Assembly: GCA_951406725.2 (NCBI GenBank)
Contig: OX597830.1
Span: 50,592,001-50,656,000 of the forward strand
Reading direction: 5' to 3'
DNA: 64,000 nucleotides
Source of the DNA: Octopus vulgaris
Lineage: Eukaryota
Part shown: positions 11,924-27,005 of the stretch, piece after piece
Numbering within the stretch: position 1 is the first letter of the stretch
How the letters are laid out: each line of letters begins with the position of its first letter
The notes under the pieces: model-generated
Told to the model about the DNA's origin: nothing
Seen by the model: only the letters and a program-made list of their open reading frames with translations
Database searches by the model: none
Translations under genes and position numbers: made by a program

Positions 11924-12081
11924 CATTTACATATATCTCTTTCTTCATTTTCACTATCACCCGTCTGTTATTCTGTCTGTCCCTCCCTCTCTTGTACCCT
12001 TCTTCACTATCTCTTTGTTCATCCATCCATCACTTTCTGTTTATATATGTTACCATGAATGTATGCGTGAATGCATACATT

Positions 12082-12084
12082 CTG

Positions 12085-12156
<72 letters not shown>

Positions 12157-12204
12157 GCTAGCTAGCTAGCTAGCTAGCTAGCTATCTATCTATCCCATCT
12201 ATCC

Positions 12205-12279
<75 letters not shown>

Positions 12280-12280
12280 A
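12082..12280. repeat. (TCTA)n/(GCTA)n microsatellite
   Basis: Direct. Confidence 0.95.
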
Positions 12281-12503
12281 GTCTGTCTATTACGTATCCG
12301 TGTGTATATGCATCAATAACTATGTATATAGATACGATTTTACATGTCGAGCTTGCAATGCAGTTTATAGTAAATATTTCATTGTAGCGTCGAGAGTCTT
12401 TCAATATTTATGTTTGTTTGTGTTTTTCTTCATTCGTTATCTCAACCGCTTTTGGGTACGTAAGAGCAATCGACGGGGAACGGGAAAGAGATGGGAATGA
12501 ACT

Positions 12504-12577
<74 letters not shown>

Positions 12578-13583
12578 GGTGAAGATAGGGGTAGTGAACA
12601 GAGAGAGATAGAATGAGAGAACATATTTGTAGGTTTATTCGTTTTTCAGATAAGTTCTTCACAATTGTCTTTGACACTGACTTGTGGCAATGATTTAGTT
12701 GCAGGAACTCCGACAATCGAAAGACGATGCTGTATCACTATTGGACAAGTTTCATGTAATAGCTTTAGACATGCAAACCAAGAAATCTCTGAACAATGAA
12801 TAGAAAAGATACAATAAGAAGACAGCTCAAGAAAACCTACAGACATAAAAAAAAAAAATAGAGAAAAATATAGACGAAGAAACTCCGAAACAAACTAAAT
12901 ATAAGATTCCCTAACCTTATCAAAGAAAAAAAAATTCAGAAAACAAACAGAAAAAGGGAGAGGAAAATAAAATGTGAAGAAGTAAAGACTGGAATTCGTG
13001 TTAAAATATTGGCATAAGCTGTGGTGTTTTACAAATCTTAGTTATTGGCCTCCTTTATATATAATAGAACATCGAATGAAAAAGAGAAGAATTGCACATC
13101 AGCCGGAAGAAGAAAATTATTTCGAAACATAATGCTCACACGAAAACATTGTAAACAATACGGCGGCTGTGTTTTTCCTTCTATCGTATACGTGTGATAG
13201 AAAGAGAGAAAGCGCGCGCGCACTAGTGTGTGTGTGTATGTGTGTGTAGGCGTGCGTGTGTGTATGTGCGCGCGGTGTGTAGGCGTGTGAGTTTACATAC
13301 AGAGATAAACATATATGCATATATATATATATATATATTTATATATATGTGTGTATGTTTCTATGTATGTTATGTCCATGTCTATATTAATATACAAACA
13401 TATACGCATGCGCATATATATATACATACACATGCACGCACGCGCATACACACACAAACACAGATATATGTATATAATTTTATTTTTCTGAGGTGTTCAA
13501 TAGTTTTTCTCGCGTTTGTGTTATCTAATATATACATACATAGTCTTTTATTACCTATATGTATACATCTCTCTCCCACTCCA

Positions 13584-13653
<70 letters not shown>

Positions 13654-13794
13654 CATACACACACGCACTCTTTCTCTCTCTATATGAATCTATATAAAGA
13701 TAGATAGATAGATAGATAGATAGACAAACAGTCAGATAGAGAGACGGACACATAGAGATATACATATGCACACACGCACACACACACACATATA

Positions 13795-13887
13795 TATTTA
13801 TGTATATATATATATATATATATATATAAGATATAACACATAAAAATCATATACATAGATACTTACATACATACATACATATATATA

Positions 13888-13942
<55 letters not shown>

Positions 13943-14000
13943 CATATATATACATATATACATATATATACATATATACATATATATGTATATAAATATG

Positions 14001-14031
<31 letters not shown>

Positions 14032-14049
14032 TGTATATACATATAATGC

Positions 14050-14080
<31 letters not shown>

Positions 14081-14111
14081 CATATATATATATGTATATA
14101 TATATATATGA

Positions 14112-14175
<64 letters not shown>
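13795..14175. repeat. Degenerate (TA)n microsatellite block
   Basis: Direct. Confidence 0.9.
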
Positions 14176-14178
<3 letters not shown>

Positions 14179-14732
14179 CACACACGATTATGAATATCTA
14201 CGTGTACACATACACACTACACACATACGCACACATCCTGTTGCAATGCTGGCGTGACTCTCAACTTCGTATGTTCCTTTATTAGTTGATTACAGAGATT
14301 CCTTGCCATCTTTTCTTATACATGGAAACTGCATACTGAAGACTATATATAAATGCACACACGTCCATTGTTCCTTATACATATGTATTTTTGTGTGTCT
14401 GTGTGTGTGTGTGTGTTTGTTTGTAACTGTGTGAGCGTATACATGTATGAGTCTTTGTGAATATACTTACACATAGATATGTACACTCACACACACACGC
14501 GCGTTTGTGTGTATGCATGAGGAATAAAATAAATTAAATATAATATAAACACATACTAAATTATTTTCCAGTTTGTCAGTTTTTTTTTCTTCTGCAAAAT
14601 GTCAAATATTATTCAGATGTCGGTTTCTTCTTAGACACTAAGGGAAATGATTTAAAGAGGGTAGTGTATATGTTTTACTGTGTGTGTATGTATGTATATA
14701 TATATATATATAAATGTAGATGTATACATATG

Positions 14733-14763
<31 letters not shown>

Positions 14764-14778
14764 ATAGGTATATATACA

Positions 14779-14902
<124 letters not shown>

Positions 14903-14916
14903 CCTATATACATGTG

Positions 14917-15274
14917 TGTATATATATATATCAATGTATGTATGTACGTATGTGTGTATGTATACGTTAACTATCAACTATACGCTTTCTCAATCTTTCC
15001 CTCTTTCCTTTTTCTCATACTCTCTTTAGATGCATTTGTGTGTATATATATATATACACACACATATATATATATGCATAAATATATATATATATATATA
15101 TATATATTTATGCATATATATATGTGTGTGTGTGTATATATATATACACATAAATGCATCTAAAGAAAGTATGAGAAAAAGGAAAGAGGGAAAGATTGAG
15201 AAAGCACGTATAGTTGATAGTTAACGTATACATACACACATACGTACATACATACATTGATATATATATATACA
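14917..15274. repeat. Near-perfect palindrome with ~175-bp arms, centred on (TA)n at ~15095
   Basis: The left arm tcaatgtatg...ctttagatgcattt is the reverse complement of the right arm aaatgcatctaaag...catacattga; a few substitutions and small indels. Confidence 0.9.
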
Positions 15275-15369
15275 TATATATAAATTTATATATATATATA
15301 CATATATATATGTGTGTGTGTGCGTGTGTGTGTAGACACATGCGCGCGCGTGCACATATATAATATAAT

Positions 15370-16415
15370 ATGGTGAGATATAATGTTTTCAATTGAATGC
15401 AAAGTTTCGAGTCAAAATACCTGCAGACTTGGGGTTTAACCTGCAAGAACCTTCACGCTGATATGTTTGCAACATTAGAGGATGTCATTCCAGCTTTATC
15501 AACAATCTTAAAGTAGGCAGCTGAAATTAGGAGGTGAACAGAGAGACTTGAAGATGATCCAAGCTCTGGATATCCTGGAACCGCTACCACCAAGGGAAAA
15601 CATTGACACTGTTCACCGCTTGGTGCTGGGTGATAGGCAATTGGCTATAAATCAAATAGTCAATGCTATTAGCATATTCTTTGAGAGAGTTGAGAATACC
15701 CTGCACAATGAACTTGGCATGACGAAGGTTTGTTGTGCTCGGTGGGTGCCATGTGTTCTGACATCTGATTAAAAGCGCACCATACTGAAAAAGCGCACCA
15801 TTACGGAAAAAATCTGACATTGTTTCAAGCTGATCCGGCTGATTTCGTCGAATATTTTATAACTCACGATGTGTGTTGGCTTCACCAATTTGAGCAAGAG
15901 ACAATGACAAAGACAAACTCAACGTCACGGATTCACCCGACCTCACCTCCTCCAAAGAAGGTTATGCTCGTTCCATCTGCAGGGTTTGTGTTTATTGAGT
16001 ATCTTCAAAAGGGTCTCACCATCAATAGAGAGTACAATACCAACTTGCTGAGATAATTACAAAAGACTATCAAGATCAAACGTATAGGAAAATTGACGGA
16101 AAGGGTCTTGTTTTGTCAGAGCAATGCTCCAGCACATAGATCCTTGGTTTCAATGGCTGCTGTGTGTGACTGTGGCTTTGAACTAGTTGTACATCCTCCC
16201 TATTCTCTTGTTCTGGTCTCCATTCGGTCCGCATGGTCCCTCCGAGGGGTGCTCTTCACCGAGTGTCCGAAGCAGCCGGTAGGTTCACTGAAACAATAAC
16301 AAAGCTCTGAGCGAACCCCGTCTGTTTGCATACGAAAAGTATGGAAGAAATATGTGGCCCACAAGGGGCATTATGTTGAAAAACAAACCTTATTTGATCA
16401 GCCTACGAATATATA
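15370..16415 (+). mobile_element. Decayed mariner transposon (probably irritans-like)
   Basis: LEDDP, ENIDTVHRLVL.DRQ, LGMTKV.ARWVP.VLT, FITHD.CW, YLQKG.TIN.EY, QSNAPAH, and FELV.HPPYS. Confidence 0.9.
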
Positions 16416-16539
16416 GTAACTGGAGGTCTCAAGCTCAAATTCGGAGTCTATTAATACTGCGTTTATTGGCTGTGCCCCAGCATGGCATCGCCTCTCGAGG
16501 TAAAACTATTGAGTATACGTAAGTATGAAACGCGTTTTT

Positions 16540-16875
16540 TGTAAATCCACACGATGGACGATGTAATTTGGCGAACTTATTCACACCAGGTACCAAGCTG
16601 GTATGTCTTTAACTTAGAAACAAGAAAGAATCGGAAGAGAGAACCTTCATACCGAGCCATTTAGACGGAGACCTTCGGGTAAACCAAGAACGAAACAGTT
16701 GGATAATATCGGTAGTCTGAGTTGGTCACGGTTGGGAATGTAGCTAGAAAAAAATACAGTGACGGTTATTTCTAACAGGACCCAGTGGAGTAGGTACTAA
16801 GGTCTTTCTCCATCCTGAATACCCTCCCAGGAATATTGGACGGAGAAGATGGATGGATGGATGGATGGATTGGAT
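16540..16875 (+). mobile_element. Old RTE-clade LINE 3' end with (GGAT)n tail
   Basis: RPSGKPRTKQLDNIGSLSWSRLGM (cf. RPRGRPRTRW.D.I..L.W..LGI), followed by gatggatggatgg. Confidence 0.6.
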
Positions 16876-17007
16876 GACTATATTATTTTCATTTACTTAT
16901 TCTTATCTTATTCTGAATAATCTAGTGTCTGAGAAGAAACTACTGGTCATTGCGAGGCAGTAATGTTCTCAGATTACGCACACACGCACATACGTAGACA
17001 CAAACAC

Positions 17008-17059
<52 letters not shown>

Positions 17060-17241
17060 GCACTAACACACAGACACACATACATACACATGCATATATG
17101 CATAGACTACACAGATGTTACATTAATTAATTTCTAACACACGCTCATACTTAATACACACACAGACATATACATATATATGTATATATGTGTGTGTATA
17201 TACGTATGTGCATGTATGTATGTACATACATAAGTACATTA

Positions 17242-17282
<41 letters not shown>

Positions 17283-17377
17283 TATACATACATATTTATA
17301 CATACATACATATATATATACATATATATATGTATATACATATACATACATATTTATACATATATATATATATGTAT

Positions 17378-17411
<34 letters not shown>

Positions 17412-17795
17412 ACACATATATATATACATATGTATATTTATGTATTTTGTATGTATATGAACGCATTTACGTATGTAGGTATCTCCTGGGAGATAATTCT
17501 TTTTTGTCAGTCAATAATAATTATATTACAATCTACTGAATACTTTTTAATCACAGTGTTATAAAAACTCTGCCCATATCTCCACATCTCTTCATATACA
17601 CTCAACACCACCCTCCTCTTCGTATCCACCCTTCACACTTATTTCTTCATATCCACCCCAGATAAGTGTAAAAAGTTGAAAGGTCAGTTATTTGATTGCA
17701 CCTCCAGCCACAAGTCAACTCCAAATCTATTCCTCTTCATCGGATCTTTCCATCTGTCTCTCCCTTTTTCTTTCTCTTTCTTTGTCTCTTTCTCT

Positions 17796-17836
<41 letters not shown>

Positions 17837-18715
17837 GTATTACTTCTTATCTCGGATGACATTTATTCAATAATCATTCTGCTTATTACTTATAATGATG
17901 TGATAACGGCTTTTCAAACACACACACACAGCAACACGCACAGATACACACACAAACGCACACACAGAGGACATATACATGCATGCACGCATATAAACAC
18001 AGCATGCACACACATAATTACATGAAGACATTTATAGAGACACAAACACTGACACGTGCGCGCACACATCCACATACATACACGTTCATAAACATGAACA
18101 GACACAGAATCACACATAAACACACACACATACACACGCAGGCAGACATACACACAGTTTCATACACATACAGCCAGACATACATATCTGCAAACAGACA
18201 TAGACAAATACACAAATACACACACACACACACACACACGAGCACAAGCGCTCGCACACTCACACAGATGTGCACGCAGACACATATATGCATATTCATA
18301 AGAAAGAAAAATGACTGTCTCTTGTTATCCTATCAGAGCCAGGTGGAATTTGAACTCACGGTCCTGTAACAGCTGACATAAATACTGATGTGTACTGATG
18401 CGTTTTCCTTCCAGACTCGTATACTATCAGCTGTTTCACATTTTCTTGTCTGACATAACGTTCTTTGCTGGTATAGTTCTTCCCGCGCTCTGGGTTCAAT
18501 CTCGCAGAAAGAAGTTAATGCTTTTCCTATGCTTTGGAGTCAATTATTAAAATACCAGTGATATACTGGAGATAAAATTATCCTTTCTTCTTTCTCCCTG
18601 TTTCTTTCACTCTGCTTCTATCTTTATTTGTCTGTCGGTTTGTGTCCGTCTCTCTGACTTACTCTCTCTCTCTCTCTCCCTCCCTCTTTCTTTCTCCCTC
18701 ATTTGTTCGTCTGCT

Positions 18716-18752
<37 letters not shown>

Positions 18753-19019
18753 ACCTTCGCATTCTATATCTGTGTCACTCTCTCTTGCTCTGTCTGTCTC
18801 TCACACACAGATTCTCTGCGTTTGTCTGTTTCTTTTTCTTTCTCTTTCAGTCTCACATTCTCTCTCTCTATCTATCTTTCTCCTTGCCTCTCTGTTTCCT
18901 CTTTGCTCTTTCACTGTCACCCTCTCTTTCTTTCTCTCAATGTCATTCTCACTGTTTCACTGCTTCTCTCACCCTCCATCTCTATGTCACTCCGAGTACA
19001 CAATAGCCATCAAAATGAT

Positions 19020-19255
19020 ACAAGGACAAAATTCTCCGGAGAACAACCCCACCCCGAGGAAAATATCCATCCCCGGACAAAATCTCCCGGGATATTGTTC
19101 TTTCTTTACAATAAAAATAATTGAAGAAAATGAAATTTTATGAAAAAAATTGAAATATTAGTTGATATGATTTTAAAAATTTATCCAAGGGAATTTTGTC
19201 CTCGGGGAATTTTGTGCTCGTGGGGATTTTGCTATCGTCGATTTTTTCCTGATGT
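19020..19255. mobile_element. Foldback/MITE-like element with internally repeated inverted termini
   Basis: Left ggacaaaattctcc/ggacaaaatctccc units are mirrored by right gggaattttgtcc/ggggaattttgtgc units around an AT-rich core. Confidence 0.55.
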
Positions 19256-19294
19256 CCAACAAAAATGGTGTCTTTATTATCAATTTATATAATG

Positions 19295-20050
19295 GGGACG
19301 AGCTGTTTGAACCGTGAGAGCGCCGGGCCAAATGCTTAGCGGCATTCATCCGTCTTCAGGTTCTGAGTTCAAATCCCACTGTGGTTGCCTTTGTTTTTAT
19401 TACTTTCGAGGTCGATAAAATGAGTAGCAGCTGTGTATTCGAGTCATTACTGGCCTTGTGCCACAATTGGAAATTATTATTTCCTGGTGTATTCACATTG
19501 GTGCCTTCATCGTGTAAAACAATCCCCCCTCCCCCCCAAAAAAACGAAACTACAATGGCTGGTATGGAGTTAAATGGCAACAACCATATCAACAACAACA
19601 ACAACAACAGCATTAACAGCAGTAAACACAACACCAATGATTCTTTCTAATTTTCACACGATGCCAGCAATTTTGAAGGGAGATTTATTAGGCGATCGTA
19701 CCGAACCTATTATTAGACTGGTTCTTATTTTATCATCCCTGGAAGGATGAAATTGAAATCAGAAACTAAAATGCCGAAAGACCTGCTACTTAGAATTTTG
19801 TCCGACGTACAAATGGTTCTGTCAGTTCGCCGCCTTCAGCACCAATAAACCTTTCTTATATAGGTACGGGGGAGGGGGGAAGGAGTAAGTCGGTTCCCCA
19901 AATGCTCAACTGGTACTTATTTCATCTATCTAGAAAGAATGAAAGTTAAAGTCGATTTCGGCGCGAATTTGAACTCAGAACTTAAAGATGAGCAAAATGC
20001 CGCTAAGCATTTTGTCCAATGAGTTAACGAGTCTCCCAACTCACCGCCTT
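19295..20050. mobile_element. Cluster of older SINE family B copies (one plus, two minus)
   Basis: gagttcaaatccc..gtcgataaaatgagtagcag (+); ggcgcgaatttgaactcagaac and tcaccgcctt (-). Confidence 0.7.
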
Positions 20051-20188
20051 CGACATCTATAATAGCAGTTAAAAGTGCCTTTTTTGCCAGAATTTTTATT
20101 GAAAATGTTATAAAGGAAGAACTCGGAATAGCGACGTGGAATATAATGAACTTCTAACTGACAAATAAAATTTGGTACATGAGTTAAT

Positions 20189-20495
20189 GGTGGAGGTGCA
20201 ATGGCCCAGTGGTTAGGGCAGCGGACTTGCGGGCGGAGAATCGCGGTTTCGATTGCCAGACCGGGCGTTGTGTGTGTTTATTGAGCAGAAACACCTAAAA
20301 GAGCTCCACGAGGCTCCGGCAGGCGTGTTGGCGACCCCTGTTGTACTCTTTCGTCACAACTTTCTCTCACTCTCTCATCCTGTTTCTTGAGTAACGCTGC
20401 GATGGACTGGCGTCCCGTCCAGCTGGGAAGGAACACATATCCACAGAAACCGGGAATCCGTGCCCATGAGACTGGCTAGGCTTGAGAAGGGCGAC
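20189..20495 (+). mobile_element. tRNA-derived SINE family C with V-domain-like 3' module
   Basis: A box tggcccagtggttagg, B-box-like ggtttcgattgcc, and ctgcgatggactggcgtcccgtccag motif. Confidence 0.75.
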
Positions 20496-20763
20496 GACAT
20501 GAATTAATGCACTTGTTACGATTTGTACGCACAAACATATGTTCCTCCCTTCACACACACACACATGCAACTATGAAAAAATACACACACATGCATAATC
20601 GTACATATAAACACTTAAATGTATAGTATTATGAATAGATTTATATGTATGCCTGTGTATGTGGATATGTGGATATATGTTTCTATCTACTTACCTATTC
20701 ACCAATATACTTATATATACATAGAGATGTATATGCATACATCCATACATATATATATATTTA

Positions 20764-20805
<42 letters not shown>

Positions 20806-21699
20806 ACTACCTCTTTTTCCTCCTTTCTCCTTTTGTGTGTACGCATGTGCGTGCACGCTCGAGTGTGTGTGTACATGCGTGTGCGTGTGTGTGTGTGTGT
20901 GTTTTGGTATTGCAGTGGAACACCTCTCCGTACTATACTTCTAATAGAATCTGTTTAAATTGAAGTTATCTTTCCGATAGTAAAAATCTATCGATATATT
21001 GATATTAACCTTTGTCTGAGTCTGTAATGAACTAACGGTAAATAAAGATATTTCCACAGATCGAAAACAATTATTTTTGCTACAAATATTCGCCATATTT
21101 AAAGATGAAGTAATTTTCCAAATTCAATGTTTATGTCGCAATAAAAACATTTTATATTATGATAAATCTTCTTTGCCGATGATCGTTACTCAATAAAATA
21201 AATAAATACAGAAGCGCAGCAATGAAAGTAAATCTAAATATGTTAAACTAATTCAAAAAGAATTTTCTTTCTATAAATGTTCATTACAAACGGTTTCTTT
21301 TGTTTTCGTTCATTTTTTTCTTTGCTTTCTGCAACTGATGAATGACACTTGAAGATAATATTATACCATTTCCATATTTGTTTAACCTACACAAATACAG
21401 ATTTCACAATTAGCTGTCTCTTTTCGACATGTTATTCATTCTTTCTGTTGCATTGTGAACTCTGTTGTTGTTTTCTCTCTTAGTTAAATGTAGACTTATA
21501 CTACACCGCCGCCCAGTCTAACATCGCCATATTCTTGTGGCGGAGTGGGAGGAAGATTTAGTAGTGCTCACTATGAGATATGGAAAATTTTGTGACTTGA
21601 TCTTTGTCCTTGGGTAGCATTGTTATTTCCTATTTACTTACCGCTAGGAAGTATGAAAAATGGTTACTATTTCCTTCAAACTTTGTTTTTGTTATATTT

Positions 21700-21856
21700 A
21701 TTCAAACCCTAAAGAATTCCTCTCAACATATACCAGTGGTGCTTCCCAACTAATCCTGTACGTGATCAGAGATGCACATATTGTCAGCCACCAAGGGAAA
21801 TACTTAGGTTGTAAAGGTCAAGCAACTGGCATGCAAATCTGTGATATTGAGCAGAA
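21700..21856 (-). mobile_element. Fragment of the 27006-27577 non-coding repeat, interrupted by a mariner
   Basis: aaagaattcct..gtgatcagagatgcacata..caaatctgtgatattgagcagaata aligns to 27295-27450. Confidence 0.8.
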
Positions 21857-21858
21857 TA

Positions 21859-22696
21859 CGAGGTCTGATCAATAAGTATTCGAACTGTTGCCATATTAAC
21901 GAAGCTATAAAACGCAGAGTAAAGCTACTTGGCACAAATTCATCTTGGACTTTGTTGTGCAGGCACAGTAAGTTTTAACGTTCTAGCTCACTCTCGATAT
22001 TTACAGCAGTGCTTGGAAGGAACGTGTGTAGCGTGTGATTGTTGCATTGACCATGACAGAAAAAGTTGCTCAGAGGCCTGCGCAAAGTTGCAGAAAGTGC
22101 ATGGAGAGGAATGTATGAGCCGCTCACAAGTGTGGCTGTAAAATGTCAATAGTGATGAACGATCTGGGAGACTCGCAACTAGCAGAACCGAGAAAGACAT
22201 TACATATATGCGTGCAGCTGTGAGGGGGAAATCATCGGTTTACCATCCATGAGTTATCAGAGTATGTGCAGATTAGTTACGGTTTAATTCAATCCATTAT
22301 CACTGAAGATTTGTGTATGAGACGCGTGTTTGCCAAATTTGTGCGAAAACTACTTTCAGCTGATGCAACAGACACGAATCAAGATCTTTATTGTGTCGAG
22401 AACGATCCAAATTTTTGTAGACTTTACATAGGCCTGTGAACAGATATCGCCAAGATTTTGGCAAAATTTGATGCAGATTCTCTGCTCAACTTTCCCTGTC
22501 ATAGTCAATGTGGTGTTCACACGCTACACACATTCCTTCCAAGCAGTGCCCTAAGCAGCGGAAGCGAGCTAGAACGTTAACATTTAGTGCACATGCGTAG
22601 CAGAGAACAAAGTCGATCTGTGTTAAGCGGGTTTACTCTGCATGCTTTAGCATCATCATTGTATCAAAAACTTGGACACTTATTGATCAGACCAAG
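21859..22696 (+). mobile_element. Mariner-derived non-autonomous element with long inverted ends and TA target duplication
   Basis: TA|cgaggtctgatcaataagt ... acttattgatcagaccaag|TA. The transposase N-terminus is on + (..MSRSQVW, DERSGR, LCMRRVFAKFV) and again inverted at the right end. Confidence 0.9.
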
Positions 22697-22729
22697 TATT
22701 TGCTATAAGGATATTTCTACTTCAACATG

Positions 22730-23740
<1,011 letters not shown>

Positions 23741-23742
23741 TT

Positions 23743-23774
<32 letters not shown>

Positions 23775-24671
23775 GAATAAACCTCATGTTCGTCTCTGTT
23801 ACGTTGCATTCTTTCCTTCTGGGGCTGGCCGATTCAGAGCAGATCTCAGAATTAAACAGCCGAAATTTGCAATGATGAATCGGTTTCTGACTGAAGAATG
23901 AAGGCTTTGAATGACCCGTCTGTTTTTTATGTTCGTCCCTTCGTGTACTTCACATTATTTATATTTATATATGTAAAGGTTTATTCTATATTTCGCAGCG
24001 TACGTGCACAATCTCTTTATGTTTATATATATATATATATATCATAACCAGTTTGTTTACACAGTGAGTTAGTCTGACACCAAACGAAATTTGGGTTATC
24101 GGTCTCTATCCCTGTCACTCAACATCGCCATCAGGATCTTGAACGCCATTAACACTGCCCCTCCTGTTGCTATACTCAAAGCATGTTTCCAGTCCCAGGT
24201 CAACGCGACACTGAATTGCTCTGTTTCCTATTGCAACACTATAGCCTATGATGCAATGGACTCTCGCCCTATTACTAACCCTAAAAATGTAGACGAGAGA
24301 AATCTCTTTCTTTCACAGTCTAAGATATGAAATATTGTATCTGTGATCATCACTGATGTTAATCTGACCTGGAAATTACATTGAAAAATTGGAGATTCTA
24401 TTCAATGTTTGGCCACAATTAACTTTTGCATCTGCAGGGAAGGATTAACGAGTCTGGCATCGATTGAACGATGAAATCATCATGAAGTATTTTACGCCAG
24501 GCTTTCGTTGGCAAGATCACAACGCAACAGTTACATATTATTAAATATTCAATTGATGTAAATATATAAGTAGTTATAATATATTATTTTACTGGAGGAG
24601 GACGTTACTATATTAAATGTAAACTATTAACATCTCATCAATGTATAAATATAAATATATTATATATATAT

Positions 24672-24776
<105 letters not shown>

Positions 24777-24875
24777 TATAAATATATATGTATATATATG
24801 TATATATACATATATATATATATGTATATATGTATATGTATATATGTATTTGTGTATATATCTATATATTTATGC

Positions 24876-25000
<125 letters not shown>

Positions 25001-25004
25001 TATG

Positions 25005-26246
25005 TGCTAATTAATGGTATTTTTATACTTTGTTCATATTTTGAAAATTAAGATAAATAAAGTTCTTTCTTAATCTAAAGTATACTCTCTTTCATTTTCT
25101 AAAATGCTCTTCCATCTTTCTGGTAGACTTGCAAGTCTCCTCTTCCAAAATATTCCCCCAGTACTGTTCTTACTTCGTCTACAGAATTCATATTTTTTCC
25201 ATCCAAATAATTTTCAAGACTGCGGAATAAATGATAATCAGATGGAGCAATGTCCAGCAAATACGGTGGGTGGGGCATCGTTTCCCATTCAAACTGCTCC
25301 AACCTTTGGAATGTCATCCTCGCTGTATGTGGCTGAGCATTATCCTGATGGAAGAACACCTTTCGTTTTGAAACCAAAGATGGCCGTTTTTCTTATAGCG
25401 CTGACTTAAGCCGCTCAAGCTGCGCACAGTAGATCTCCTTTGTTATGGTTTGGTTTCGGTTTTAAAATGTCAAAGTGGATTAAACCTTTCATACCACAGC
25501 AAACAGATAACAATACCTTACCTGGGTGAAGACCTGCTTTAGTCTGGCGTGCCGGGGTTTCTCATCTCCCTACTCACTGACTTCGGCGCTTGACATTTTT
25601 ATAGGGAACCCATTTCTCGTCACCAGACACTATTCGCTCCAAAAGAGGGTCATTCTTGAGATGTGACAGCAAAGAAGAGGAAACATTCAACCTCTGCGCG
25701 GGATTAGGCTCAGAAAGTTTGTGATGAAGCCATTGACCCAATTAGCTGATTTTCTGATGGTAAGAAGGTGACGATGGATGGTTGAATCTAACCTTCTGTG
25801 CTTTGTTCCTCAAAAGTTACGATGAGATTTTGTTCCACCAGCGTTTGTAGGACATCCTCGCCGAGTTCTACAGATCTTCTAGGACGAGGATCATCTTCTA
25901 CAGTGTCGTTTCCGGCTCGGAATTTCTGGAACCACCGTTGACGCTGGCTTACGCTTATTGTCCGATTCCCATATACTGCATCAATATTCATCGCACTTTC
26001 CATTGCGTTGTTGCTTTTATTGAACTCAAAGAGGAAAATATTGCGAATATGCTCCTTTGTCACTTCCATTATAGCTTTTAAAAAATAACCGTTAAAATTG
26101 AACTGCACTCCTCAAACCTTGCACTAAAAATAACCACAAGCTAGAGTTACTACCTGCTTTTGTGGCCAGTTAAGGCACGTAGTTTATCGCGACTCCCTCC
26201 TACTTTTATTTCATGCAATTGAAAAAACAGTATTGTTTATGGGATG

Positions 26247-26250
<4 letters not shown>
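25005..26250 (-). mobile_element. Decayed near full-length mariner (DD34D) transposon
   Basis: MEVTKEHIRNIFLFEF, RWFQKFRAG..VEDDPR..R, and FHQDNAQPHT..PHPPYLLDIAPSDYHLFRSL. Confidence 0.92.
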
Positions 26251-26291
<41 letters not shown>

Positions 26292-26442
26292 TTATATGTA
26301 TAGATACACACACACACACACACATATATATATGTATATGTATATGTATGTATGTATATATATATATTTTTTAAATTTATTTTTATTTATTTTATCTAGT
26401 TTCAGCTCACGAGCTGTAGCCATTCTGGGGCACCGCCATTCA

Positions 26443-26503
<61 letters not shown>

Positions 26504-26514
26504 ACAAATTTAAA

Positions 26515-26646
26515 AGGGTCGCTTATTAGGAATTGGAACCTAAAGGCAAGATTAACAGAGGTCACAAAATTGACAGAGGGTACTGACTAGCCGTGCTAGT
26601 CAGTGAACTTAGATACCAAGAACCCTCCTAAGTTCTTAGCTGTCCC
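26515..26646 (-). mobile_element. R4/Dong-type LINE extreme 3' end next to (TAA)n
   Basis: Minus strand gggacagctaagaacttaggagggttcttggtatctaa reads GTAK.LRRVLGI* with one frameshift (cf. GTARILRKVL); 10-bp hairpin at 26582-26604. Confidence 0.6.
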
Positions 26647-26785
<139 letters not shown>

Positions 26786-27005
26786 TGTTTTTCGGTTTGA
26801 CTGAGGTTCGGTCTTATTCCAGGTATAATTCATGTGGGTAGCCTTTTATATTTGCTTACTGTTCCCAACGTACTAATTATTATAGGCACGACCTTTACTG
26901 TTTCACATGATCCGAATTCTTCCTATTTTAAATTTTAAGGATTGTACTTTTTTTCATCCTCTTTCTTCATGATCCTCGAATCAAACGGGTATCATTATTA
27001 TTATT

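Noticed and set aside
11612-12058. 148-aa His-rich ORF and antisense poly-Asp/poly-Met ORFs
   Set aside because: Translation of a (CAT)n microsatellite; no splice or domain evidence.
23775-23950. (TA)n-flanked segment with ccgat..gccgaaa and ctgaaga motifs
   Set aside because: Possibly another Penelope-like remnant, but no convincing hammerhead fold or second copy in the window.
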